64,000 bases of DNA from Patescibacteria group bacterium (GTDB taxonomy: Bacteria > Patescibacteriota > Minisyncoccia > Phycocordibacterales > UBA9973). Of this stretch, positions 27,058 through 35,791 are shown one piece after another. Where the stretch lies: assembly GCA_038063915.1 (NCBI GenBank), contig JBBTUE010000005.1, positions 10,547-74,546 of the forward strand, written 5' to 3'. Below the pieces are notes generated by a model. That model saw nothing but the letters and a program-made list of their open reading frames with translations, made no database searches and was not told the origin of the DNA. Each line of letters starts with the position of its first letter. The first letter of the stretch is position 1. The translations under genes were made by a program, and so were the position numbers.

Positions 27058-28357
27058 TTTCCAGACAATTTTGGTTGCAGTTTTCATGGCTTTTTTTATA
27101 TTTGCAGTTTTGATATTCTCTGGAGTTTTGAAAATAGGTGGCTCATCTAAAACTAATAACGCTCCACAAGGAAAAGTCGTAATATGGGGAACATTTGATA
27201 ATACTCCGGAACTTACAAAAGTATTTGAAGATACAAATAGTAACAATAGAGATTTGTTTATAAGTTATATTAAAAAGTCAGAGGCTACTTATGCAACATC
27301 ACTCATCGAAGCTTTTGCATCTGGTACGGGCCCTGATTTATTCTTCATAACACCCGAGATGATTGGTAAATTCCGTAATTTTACTTACAAGATTCCATAT
27401 ACTAGCTACGCTGAGAAAACTTTCCGTGACGCTTTTATCGACGGGGCGAGTATTTACCTAGACAAGGATGGCGTTATTGGTTTTCCAGTTGTAGTTGACC
27501 CTATGGTGCTATATTACAATCGAGATCTGTTTTCAAACGTTGGTATAGTGAGTCCACCGGTATACTGGAATGAGCTGTTCGATCTGAGCTCCAAGCTTAC
27601 CAAGAAAGAAAACGATGGGACAGTGAAAGAAAGCATGATTGCTCTCGGCCGGTATGACAATATAACTCATGCCAAAGATATATTAGCTACGCTATTGATG
27701 CAAAGTGGCAATCCAATCATTGAAGCCAAAAATGGCGTCTATACTGCAGTTCTAAATCAAAATACAAAAGCTCTACCAATCTCACCCGTAGAGCAGGTGC
27801 TAAACTTCTTTATAGAATTCTCTAACCCATCAAATAGTGCTTATTCGTGGAACAAGTCTTTGCCAAAATCTCTCGATATGTTCACTGGAGGTAAACTCGC
27901 TATGTATCTTGGCCGAGCGAGCGAGCTGTTCACTATCGAATCTATAAACCCAAATCTTAGCTTTGATGTCGCGCAGATATTACAAACCAAAGGTACCAAT
28001 ACTCTGCGCACATATGGTAAAATATATGCTATAGCAGTCAACAAGAAGTCTGCCAATCTCACCACTGCATTTGGTGTAGCTGGCATGATCTCTGGTGGGG
28101 AGTCTGCCCAGAATCTCAGCATCGCTCTCTCACTGCCACCGACAGCCCGCGCACTACTTGCTACCAAGCCTATTGATCCTTATCTCTTCACTTTCTTTAA
28201 CTCTGCTATCATTGCCCGTGCTTGGGCTGATCCGGATCCTGTCGCTAGCGATAACATATTCACCGAATTGATTCAAAATGTCTTATCAAATAAATTATCA
28301 GTCGATGACGCTATCAATAAAGCCCAAGGTCAATTGGAATCCATAATAAAGAAGTAA
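27050..28357 (+). CDS. membrane-anchored extracellular solute-binding protein (SBP_bac_1-like)
   Basis: N-terminal transmembrane anchor. KVVIWGTFDNTPELTKVFED...GTGPDLFF resembles family-1 sugar-binding proteins. No permease or ATPase genes adjacent. Confidence 0.5.
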   Translation: MSNFQTILVAVFMAFFIFAVLIFSGVLKIGGSSKTNNAPQGKVVIWGTFDNTPELTKVFEDTNSNNRDLFISYIKKSEATYATSLIEAFASGTGPDLFFITPEMIGKFRNFTYKIPYTSYAEKTFRDAFIDGASIYLDKDGVIGFPVVVDPMVLYYNRDLFSNVGIVSPPVYWNELFDLSSKLTKKENDGTVKESMIALGRYDNITHAKDILATLLMQSGNPIIEAKNGVYTAVLNQNTKALPISPVEQVLNFFIEFSNPSNSAYSWNKSLPKSLDMFTGGKLAMYLGRASELFTIESINPNLSFDVAQILQTKGTNTLRTYGKIYAIAVNKKSANLTTAFGVAGMISGGESAQNLSIALSLPPTARALLATKPIDPYLFTFFNSAIIARAWADPDPVASDNIFTELIQNVLSNKLSVDDAINKAQGQLESIIKK

Positions 28358-28359
28358 CC

Positions 28360-28815
28360 ATGAATAAGAAATACATAATACTATCCATAGCATTCATAAT
28401 TATATTTACTCCTTTTGCAATTACTCATGCAGATATAGGTCCGGATTGTAATACTGGCGAACTTGTTGATGGTGGGCCTCTATACAATTCAAAAGGGGAA
28501 CCGGTTATTGTAGATGGTAAACCAGTATTAGAACGTGTATATAAAAATCCTTGTGACTTTGATGCTCTCATGGGGCTCATCAATAGGATTATAAACTTCT
28601 TATTATTCGTCATAGCTACTCCACTTGCAGCAATTATCTTTTGTTATGCTGGGTTCTTACTTCTTACTTCTGGTGGTAGTTCAGAGAGCAAGACAAAGGC
28701 CAAAAAAATAATTAAAAATCTACTCATCGGATATGTCATAGCCTTGGCGGCTTGGTTGATTGTCCATACAATACTGACGACTCTCGGGTATAAGGGAGAA
28801 TCATTCCTGAAATAA
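28360..28815 (+). CDS. VirB2/TrbC-like pilin-type protein, paralog 1 (signal peptide plus two transmembrane helices with a Lys-rich loop)
   Basis: Signal peptide ending ITHA. Mature part is TM1, loop SGGSSESKTKAKK, TM2. Confidence 0.5.
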   Translation: MNKKYIILSIAFIIIFTPFAITHADIGPDCNTGELVDGGPLYNSKGEPVIVDGKPVLERVYKNPCDFDALMGLINRIINFLLFVIATPLAAIIFCYAGFLLLTSGGSSESKTKAKKIIKNLLIGYVIALAAWLIVHTILTTLGYKGESFLK

Positions 28816-28841
28816 TTATTAATAAATGCTATAATTAAACT

Positions 28842-29363
28842 ATGAAAATCATCAGAAGTAATAAATATAATCTACTTTCAAAGCTCGCAAGTTATGGATT
28901 TATTTTTGTGATTGCATTCACTTTCATTGTACCACTAGCTTTTGCGGTAGATTGTACTGGGGTGGATAAAGATGGCAAAGCTACTCCACCTGGCTGTACT
29001 ATAAAAGGAGGTGACACTGGTCCAAAAGGTGGTGATACGGGTCCAAAAGGAGGAGACACTGGAGTTAAAAATATTAAGATAAACACCGGCATAACAAACC
29101 CACTAGGCGACAAGCTTGATACCATACCGAAATTTATAGAGGCTATTCTTGATTTCGTTCTCCTTATCGGAGTACCTATTGTTACTCTCGCCATCATCTA
29201 CACAGGGTTCCTATTTGTCACAGCTCAAGGCAATTCGGAGAAGCTAAAGAAAGCCAAGCAGACTCTACTATACACTTTAGTGGGGGCAGCTCTATTGCTT
29301 GGGTCGTACGTCATATCAGAGGCAATTGTTGGGACAGTCGCAGATATTAAAAGCACAACATAA
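28842..29363 (+). CDS. VirB2/TrbC-like pilin-type protein, paralog 2, with a 3x GGDTGPK collagen-like repeat
   Basis: Signal peptide ending LAFA. Triplet repeat, then TM1, loop AQGNSEKLKKAKQ, TM2. Confidence 0.5.
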   Translation: MKIIRSNKYNLLSKLASYGFIFVIAFTFIVPLAFAVDCTGVDKDGKATPPGCTIKGGDTGPKGGDTGPKGGDTGVKNIKINTGITNPLGDKLDTIPKFIEAILDFVLLIGVPIVTLAIIYTGFLFVTAQGNSEKLKKAKQTLLYTLVGAALLLGSYVISEAIVGTVADIKSTT

Positions 29364-29371
29364 TAATATAT

Positions 29372-29752
29372 ATGAAGAATAAAATTATCACATTTGGTGT
29401 CGTATCGGGGTTGCTTCCACTTACTGTTTTTGCAAAATTAGAAGATACCGTGGATTCATGTAAAGATATTGGTGCACCCTTCAAAGATATAGGCCAGCTC
29501 TTTAATTGGGCGGGCTGTACTATTATCAAATCTGTCGTACCCCTACTATTTTCTCTCGCAGTTGCTGGATTTATCTGGGGTATTATCCAGTACTATCTAA
29601 ACCCTGATAATGAAGAGAAGCGTAAAAAGGGCAAGACCTACATAATCTGGGGACTTGTGGCTTTATTTGTAATGATTTCTATGTGGGGTCTCGTCGGGGT
29701 ACTGACCAACACTTTCGGTATCAAGACCCTTATTCCACAGCTTTCCCAATAG
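29372..29752 (+). CDS. VirB2/TrbC-like pilin-type protein, paralog 3
   Basis: FIWGIIQYYLNPDNEEKRKKGKTYIIWGLVALF core shared with paralogs 4 and 5. Confidence 0.5.
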   Translation: MKNKIITFGVVSGLLPLTVFAKLEDTVDSCKDIGAPFKDIGQLFNWAGCTIIKSVVPLLFSLAVAGFIWGIIQYYLNPDNEEKRKKGKTYIIWGLVALFVMISMWGLVGVLTNTFGIKTLIPQLSQ

Positions 29753-29886
29753 GGGCTTGTGTTTTGAGGAGTTCTTTATGGTATAATTGATGGGTAACAT
29801 AAAAGATCGCAATCATTGTCTGCCGGTCGGGAAGCCAATGAACAATTATTATAAAAGTCGTTTATTATTTAATTTTTAGTTTATTT

Positions 29887-30243
29887 ATGAAGAAAATCAT
29901 TGCATTTGGTGCGGTTCTAGGCTCTCTCCCATTTGTTGCTTTTGCTGCAGATGCGTTTAGTATTCTTACTGTCGTTAACAAGATTTTAGCTACTATTATC
30001 CCAATCTTGATAACCCTCGCAGTTGTCTACTTTATCTGGGGTATTATTCAGTACACTCTCTCAACAGATGAAGAGGCAAAAAAGAAGGCTCGTACAAAGA
30101 TCATCAACGGTCTTATAGGTCTATTCGTCATCATTGCATTCTGGGGTATTATCCGACTCGTAACAAATACTTTTGGAGTCGGCCCTGAACAACTAAATCA
30201 AAACGCAATCCCTTGTATTCCTGGTCCTGGAGTAGTCTGCTAA
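29887..30243 (+). CDS. VirB2/TrbC-like pilin-type protein, paralog 4
   Basis: FIWGIIQYTLSTDEEAKKKARTKIINGLIGLFVIIAFWGIIRLVTNTFGV is near-identical in its core to paralog 3. Confidence 0.5.
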   Translation: MKKIIAFGAVLGSLPFVAFAADAFSILTVVNKILATIIPILITLAVVYFIWGIIQYTLSTDEEAKKKARTKIINGLIGLFVIIAFWGIIRLVTNTFGVGPEQLNQNAIPCIPGPGVVC

Positions 30244-30258
30244 TACATACTGCCTAAT

Positions 30259-31641
30259 ATGGAATTCCTTCCACACGCAGAAGCAAGTGCGAGGACTCTC
30301 GTAGAGAGTATTGATAGGGTTATTATTAACCCTATCATATTCTTTTTATTTGCAGCTGCGATGGCCTACTTCTTATATGGAGTGGTGCAATATTTGCTTT
30401 CTCCGGGCAATGAAGAGGTTAAAAAAACTAGTAAATCGCATATGCTCTGGGGAGTAGTGGGGCTTTTCATTATGGTAGCTGTCTTTGGTATCGAGAAGCT
30501 TATCCTAAGCACTCTCGGTGATAATAAAATAAAAATCAATAATAATGGTGACTTTGTTATAAACGGAGGCGACGTTGCCGATAACGATGTTGCTGATAAT
30601 GAGAACACTAATAAGGATCTCTTTGGTGAAAATAAAGATGTCAGTCGGGATTTAAATGCTCCTGATTTAGCCCAAGTTGTATTTGATACAAGCCCATTTG
30701 CTACATACAAAGCAAATGCACTTTGTTGGAATGATGCAATCAAAGGTAAAGCCAATACTGAATACGAGGCTCTGACTTTAGCGAAAAATGACGCTAGGGC
30801 AAAATATTTAAAGGACACTGGAGTCTCAAAGACTGATGAGGCCAAGCTAGGCTACCCGGTGACATTTGCAACCAAGGTCCTCTATAACAAAAATGATAAA
30901 ACGTACTACGCATGGGTAGACACTAGGGCCCCAAAGGGGACCGGTACAATGTCCGACTGTAAGCTCGATATTTTAAAACCTGCTCCAGTTATTGTACAAT
31001 CTGCTTTTACTCTCGATGAGCTCAATCTCAGTACTACAATACTCAAGAGCACAATTACTGATTATACAAAGAGTCCATTCTTACAGAAATATGTGGCGAG
31101 CCCACTTTGTTGGCGGCCACCGACTGGCTTATATGATACTGCTACAACAGAGTATCAATCTCTACAAAAAGTGAAAGCAAAAGCAAGAGACCAATATGTA
31201 TCTTCCAATAATTTATCTGAGGCAACTACCCCTATAAATCTACCAACAATATATGGAGTGGTCACTGCTCTTGATAAGACTACCAAGCTGTACTATTCAT
31301 GGATAGATGCAAGAGGGCCGGTGGCCCCGGGTAAAGATAAAGATTGCAATTTGGATGAGGTACTTGAACCAGTAGCAGAGAGCAATAAACAAAATCCAAT
31401 AAGGGGGACTTATATATCTGATTTCCAGTATTATCGAGTGATGGCTTCTGGAATAGATCCTACTTATATTGGTGCAAGGAGTAGAGCTATACAAAATGCA
31501 CTGATAAAGATTGCCGTATTGAAGGGCGTGGGTAATACAAGTAAAATAGTATACACAGTATTACCAGAAGAAAAATACTATCCTCAAGATTCAATTACTG
31601 GCATGTATGATTATTGGGTAGTTGTAGAATCTCCGAGATAA
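30259..31641 (+). CDS. pilin-like two-transmembrane module fused to a 320-aa extracellular domain with two ~90-aa tandem repeats
   Basis: N-terminus YFLYGVVQYLLSPGNEEVKKTSKSHMLWGVVGLF matches paralogs 3 and 4. Repeats begin ALCWNDAIKGKANTEYEAL and PLCWRPPTGLYDTATTEYQSL, and each ends with a DCxLD motif. Confidence 0.5.
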   Translation: MEFLPHAEASARTLVESIDRVIINPIIFFLFAAAMAYFLYGVVQYLLSPGNEEVKKTSKSHMLWGVVGLFIMVAVFGIEKLILSTLGDNKIKINNNGDFVINGGDVADNDVADNENTNKDLFGENKDVSRDLNAPDLAQVVFDTSPFATYKANALCWNDAIKGKANTEYEALTLAKNDARAKYLKDTGVSKTDEAKLGYPVTFATKVLYNKNDKTYYAWVDTRAPKGTGTMSDCKLDILKPAPVIVQSAFTLDELNLSTTILKSTITDYTKSPFLQKYVASPLCWRPPTGLYDTATTEYQSLQKVKAKARDQYVSSNNLSEATTPINLPTIYGVVTALDKTTKLYYSWIDARGPVAPGKDKDCNLDEVLEPVAESNKQNPIRGTYISDFQYYRVMASGIDPTYIGARSRAIQNALIKIAVLKGVGNTSKIVYTVLPEEKYYPQDSITGMYDYWVVVESPR

Positions 31642-31703
31642 AATTATCCAGACATGAAAAAAGTGCCTCCTTGCGGGGGCACTTTAAATATTTATTTGCT
31701 ACT

Positions 31704-32705
31704 TCATTTTTTTTTGAGAATAGCTTCGATTCCTGCTAATAGCATTTTCCCTGTCGTTACATCAACTGAGAATTCTTTCTTCTCAGAACTTTCAGTTTTT
31801 GGCACAACCTTAAGGGAGTTCTGCGCAGCTCTTAACTGTGTGCCACTGCTGTAGCCGGGTAAAAGCTTTTTACCCATATCCTGAAGCCGTTTTGTCAATT
31901 TTTTTGCTTCTACGTCAAGGGCTTTCTGTTCAAGTGTAACGTAAGACTTTTTACCAAGAACTTTGTAGTAGTCTTCATCCAATTCGGTATCAGAGATTGT
32001 TATCTCGTCAACTACCTGATATGGATAGCGGTTCCTTACACAGAAGAGGTTTATTTCCTCTCTCATATCTTCCGCTAAGTCCTCAATGAATTGACCCTTG
32101 TCTTGGTCTAATTCTTCAGGCTTTGTTTGGCCAATTCTATCTAAAAGGAATTGCAATACAAACATTTCCATTCTATGTCTGACAGTAGCGGCACCGCCTT
32201 CGACGTCAAATAGTCTGTATATTTCAGTTGGGATAAGACGGGCCATCCACACTATATCTCTTACCAAAGCTTGAATACCCCGTGTTTTGGTCTGCATCTT
32301 TGGAGTTTCTTTTATTATAAACTCCAGTTCCTGCAAATCAGCTGCGATATTTGGTGCACCATTAACACTTATAGTCGCTTTTTCAAGTACGTCGTCAACT
32401 AAATTAAGTGCTCCAGATTCTACAACTCCTATTGGCCTGTTCGTGATATTATTGAACCTGCCCGTCTGAGTTTTATAGGGCACATTCTTTCCACTTCTAA
32501 TGAAGAAAATACAGAGAACAATAAGATAAACGAGTGGCCATATGCTGAAACTTTCAATACCAATGAGGTAGAGAAATATAATGGCGAAAAAAGCTGCTCC
32601 AGTCCCAGCAATTACAAAAGAAAGTCCAGGTTTAATCAGGTAACATGTTAACCATGTTACGACAAGGATCCAAAAGATCCACGTTGTGATGAGAATAACT
32701 GGCAT
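31704..32705 (-). CDS. hypothetical membrane protein (3 N-terminal transmembrane segments plus an acidic cytoplasmic domain)
   Basis: ORF and hydrophobicity only. Confidence 0.4.
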   Translation of the reverse strand: MPVILITTWIFWILVVTWLTCYLIKPGLSFVIAGTGAAFFAIIFLYLIGIESFSIWPLVYLIVLCIFFIRSGKNVPYKTQTGRFNNITNRPIGVVESGALNLVDDVLEKATISVNGAPNIAADLQELEFIIKETPKMQTKTRGIQALVRDIVWMARLIPTEIYRLFDVEGGAATVRHRMEMFVLQFLLDRIGQTKPEELDQDKGQFIEDLAEDMREEINLFCVRNRYPYQVVDEITISDTELDEDYYKVLGKKSYVTLEQKALDVEAKKLTKRLQDMGKKLLPGYSSGTQLRAAQNSLKVVPKTESSEKKEFSVDVTTGKMLLAGIEAILKKK

Positions 32706-32727
32706 AGTTATTAATTTTTTTGGTGAA

Positions 32728-33216
32728 TTAATCGATTGTTTCTGAAAGAAGGACTGTAATGTGTCCAGAAGCCGAATTGCCTGTTGTTTTGAACATCAAT
32801 TCTGTACTCGCTTCTCCCTTAAGCAATTTTGAGATGTCTTGCCCCTTCTTGCCGCAGTATTCGTCTCCGTTTTTGTTTTTTACACAGTAAGGTACTGTGG
32901 ATTCAACAAGAGCGAAATCAAAACCGCTAGGTAGATAGGTCACATTGCTGTAGCTATCCGTGAAATCAACTCCCTTGGTGTGGCTATATGGAACACTTTT
33001 TTCAGTTCCTTTACTGTGTTTTCTGTCTGCACTTTTTTTGGGTTCTTTGTTATTGTTTATCCAGGCTATTGTTACTCCAGATAGAAGTACAAAGCTTAGG
33101 AAAAGAATAACAATCAACATTATTGGTTTTGACCTCGTTACTGGAGGTGTATGCATTACTGCTGCTGTTGTTGCCGTTCCAGTTGTTGCCGGAAGAGGGC
33201 GAGTTACTGTAGCCAT
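32728..33216 (-). CDS. membrane-anchored extracellular protein (hypothetical)
   Basis: Thr/Ala-rich N-terminus, one transmembrane segment, then a small Cys-containing extracellular domain. Confidence 0.4.
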   Translation of the reverse strand: MATVTRPLPATTGTATTAAVMHTPPVTRSKPIMLIVILFLSFVLLSGVTIAWINNNKEPKKSADRKHSKGTEKSVPYSHTKGVDFTDSYSNVTYLPSGFDFALVESTVPYCVKNKNGDEYCGKKGQDISKLLKGEASTELMFKTTGNSASGHITVLLSETID

Positions 33217-33468
33217 AGTTGTTATTTTTGTTTGTTTGATGTTTGAATTAATTTTTGTTTAAAGAATGACCTCAACCTCCTCCATAGAGAAGGGCATAGT
33301 CATTCTCTAAACAATTCACAAACAAGTTTTGTCAAAGATCCATCTCTCCCGTATATAGTAGCATAAATATAGAGAAAAGTCAAGCTAAAATGGCTTGATA
33401 AATAAGGGCAATATCCATAATATTATTGCTTTTTGAGTATAAAATGCTATACTCCTTATCATGTTTTT

Positions 33469-33540
33469 GGCCTTATCGTCTAACGGTTAGGACATCGGCT
33501 TTTCAAGCCGGTAATCCGGGTTCGATTCCCGGTAGGGTCA
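33469..33540 (+). tRNA. tRNA-Glu (anticodon TTC)
   Basis: Cloverleaf: acceptor GGCCTTA/TAGGGTC (with G-U pairs), anticodon loop TTTTCAA, T-arm CCGGGTTCGATTCCCGG. Confidence 0.85.
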
Positions 33541-33564
33541 CAAAGTGCGAAAGTTGTCAAGTTC

Positions 33565-33652
33565 GGAAGCGTGGCTGAGTGGTTGAAGGCACTGGTTTCG
33601 AAAACCAGCATGCGGGAGACTGCATCGTGAGTTCAAATCTCACCGCTTCCGC
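33565..33652 (+). tRNA. tRNA-Ser (anticodon CGA), long variable arm
   Basis: Acceptor GGAAGCG/CGCTTCC, anticodon stem-loop CTGGT-TTCGAAA-ACCAG, long extra arm, T-arm GTGAGTTCAAATCTCAC. Confidence 0.85.
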
Positions 33653-33666
33653 ATTGAAAAATTTAT

Positions 33667-33743
33667 GCGCGGTTAGCTCAGTTGGTAGAGCGTCCCCTTG
33701 ACGTGGGGAAGGCCACAGGTTCGAATCCTGTATCGCGCACCAG
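33667..33743 (+). tRNA. tRNA-Val (anticodon GAC) with encoded CCA
   Basis: GCGCGGTTAGCTCAGTTGGTAGAGC..., anticodon loop TTGACGT, T-arm CAGGTTCGAATCCTG, 3-prime ACCA. Confidence 0.9.
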
Positions 33744-33767
33744 AAAGTTATAAGTGACCACAAACAT

Positions 33768-34526
33768 ATGCAAAATACACAAATCATAATTCTAGCCGCA
33801 GGCAAAGGCAAAAGAATGGAATCCGATGATCCCAAAGCCCTAGCTCAACTTCGGGGTAAGCCATTTATTCAGCATATACTCGACACCCTCTCCTCTATTG
33901 GTTCAATTGATAAGCCAGTTATTGTCGTAGGTCATAAAAAAGAAAGAATCGTTGAGATTATTGGTGCTGACTATAAATATGCTCACCAAGTAGAGCAACT
34001 AGGTACAGGTCATGCAGTTTTATCAGCAAAAGATTCTGTTAACCCTATACATCATACAGTCTTGGTACTCTCGACTGATCAGGCATTGGTATCTAAAGAA
34101 ACAATTCAAAATATTATATCCACACATCACCAAAAGAGACCAGTCATTACAATAGGAACAGTTGTTTTACCAGATTTTAACGAATGGCGATCTGGACTAC
34201 TACATTTTGGTAGAATAATCCGTGACCAAGAAGGTAAAGTTCTAAAGAATGTTGAATATAAAGATGCAAATGAAGAGGAAAGAAAAATTCTAGAAGTAAA
34301 TCCAGCACTTTATGCATTTGATAGTGTGTGGCTCTGGGAGAATATAGATAAACTAAAGAATGAAAATGCACAAGGTGAGTACTACCTGACGGACCTCATA
34401 CGCCTTGCGCGTGAGCAAGGGAAGGATGTCGAAGCTGTACCGGTAGCTAATATTATTGAAGGCCTCCAACCAAATTCAAAGGCTGAACTCGAAGTCCTTG
34501 AGAAACTATTAGAGCAAACTGCTTAA
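33768..34526 (+). CDS. sugar-1-phosphate nucleotidyltransferase (GlmU N-terminal-domain type, no acetyltransferase domain)
   Basis: [11 protein letters not shown] signature, 252 aa with no left-handed beta-helix region. Confidence 0.75.
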   Translation: MQNTQIIILAAGKGKRMESDDPKALAQLRGKPFIQHILDTLSSIGSIDKPVIVVGHKKERIVEIIGADYKYAHQVEQLGTGHAVLSAKDSVNPIHHTVLVLSTDQALVSKETIQNIISTHHQKRPVITIGTVVLPDFNEWRSGLLHFGRIIRDQEGKVLKNVEYKDANEEERKILEVNPALYAFDSVWLWENIDKLKNENAQGEYYLTDLIRLAREQGKDVEAVPVANIIEGLQPNSKAELEVLEKLLEQTA

Positions 34527-34600
34527 AAGTAAAGAGAACGGCACTGCTCGTAATTCTCGCATATGCGAGAATTACGAGCAGTCTAAATCTTTATTTATTA

Positions 34601-35527
34601 TTACTTATTCTTATGAAGCCAGATGTAGATATCTTCTAGCGCTTTTACGGCATCGCCAGAGGCGATATTGTTCTGATGGTATTTCCCATTTGTACAGTCG
34701 CCCGCGGCCCAGATACCAGCAGTCGTAGACATCTGCGTCATAGGGTCGACGACGATTTTACCGAACTGGTCAATCTCAACAATGCCTTTCATGAATTCTG
34801 TATTTGGTATCTGGCCAACTTCTACAAATATACCAGTCGTAGGTAGGGCATGCTCTTCACCAGATATTTTATCTTTATATGTTAGAGAAGTTACAAATTG
34901 GTCGCCATCGACTCGCAGTATCTCTGCATTAGTGACGACTTTGAATTTTGGGTTCTCAAGAATCCTCTTGACCGTTATCTCATCTGCTCGGAAATCTTTA
35001 CTTCTGTGTACCATTGTCACACTCTTACAATACGCCAAAAGTTGCGCAGCAGTTTCAAATCCCGCATTACCTCCACCGATAACTAGTACGTCTTGATCTG
35101 CAAAGAGTGGGCCATCACAAGATGCACAATAAGTGATACCCTTATGTTCAAATTTATCTGCGTTTTCCGCTTCAAGTTTTCTCCTACCACTACCAGTGGC
35201 TACGAGCAAGGCTCTAGATGTAAAACTTTTGCCCGATTCAGTATTTATTGTGATGACTCCATCTTCCTTTTTTGTGCTGATTACTTTTTCACCTTCGATT
35301 ATATCTAGGAACGGGCCTTTGTAGTAGAGTATGTGTTTCTTTAGATTAGCCCCAAGATCGGCTCCTGATATCTCAGGAGTACCTATCCAGTTATAGATCA
35401 GTGACGATACGACAGATTGACCACCAAATTCGGAGGTCAGAATAGCAGTTTTTAATTGTTTGCGAGCAGCGTAGACAGCTGCTGATGCCCCGGCTGGCCC
35501 GCCACCTAAAATAATTAAATCGTACAT
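34601..35527 (-). CDS. trxB: thioredoxin-disulfide reductase
   Basis: GGGPAG FAD motif, redox-active CASC (CATC-type) and GGGNAG NADPH motif. Start taken at MYDLIILGGG (ATG at 35527). Confidence 0.9.
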   Translation of the reverse strand: MYDLIILGGGPAGASAAVYAARKQLKTAILTSEFGGQSVVSSLIYNWIGTPEISGADLGANLKKHILYYKGPFLDIIEGEKVISTKKEDGVITINTESGKSFTSRALLVATGSGRRKLEAENADKFEHKGITYCASCDGPLFADQDVLVIGGGNAGFETAAQLLAYCKSVTMVHRSKDFRADEITVKRILENPKFKVVTNAEILRVDGDQFVTSLTYKDKISGEEHALPTTGIFVEVGQIPNTEFMKGIVEIDQFGKIVVDPMTQMSTTAGIWAAGDCTNGKYHQNNIASGDAVKALEDIYIWLHKNK

Positions 35528-35791
35528 AATGACCCTATTGTAGTATAAATAATAATAAAACCCAAGAAAACATATCTTCCGCGATTCGCACTCTAGCCTG
35601 AAAAACTTCAAGTCCTATCTGGTGGTAGCGCAGATCACTTCACATATGTTTTCTTGGGTTTTCACAAAAAAATTCAAAATAGTCCTTGAGCAGGAACTTG
35701 CACAGGCTCGACTGGAGCTGAGCAGAGCAGAAAAATCAGCAGATTTTTACGCGTGTCCTGTGAGAGGAGCTACTTTGAATTTTTTCAGTAT

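Noticed and set aside
28892-29197. 101-aa minus-strand ORF with PPFGPVSPPFGPVSPPF repeats
   Set aside because: It is the antisense reading of the GGDTGPK triplet repeat in pilin-like paralog 2. The sense frame has a signal peptide and the family architecture.
28360-31641. Interpretation of the five small two-transmembrane proteins as holins or class II bacteriocins
   Set aside because: All have Sec-type signal peptides with AxA cleavage sites and no double-glycine leaders. Nearby are no ABC exporter or immunity gene and no lysin. A pilin-type (VirB2/TrbC-like) architecture fits better, though this remains unproven.
33557-33835. 92-aa minus-strand ORF
   Set aside because: It overlaps the tRNA-Glu, tRNA-Ser and tRNA-Val genes and is antisense to them, so it is not a real CDS.
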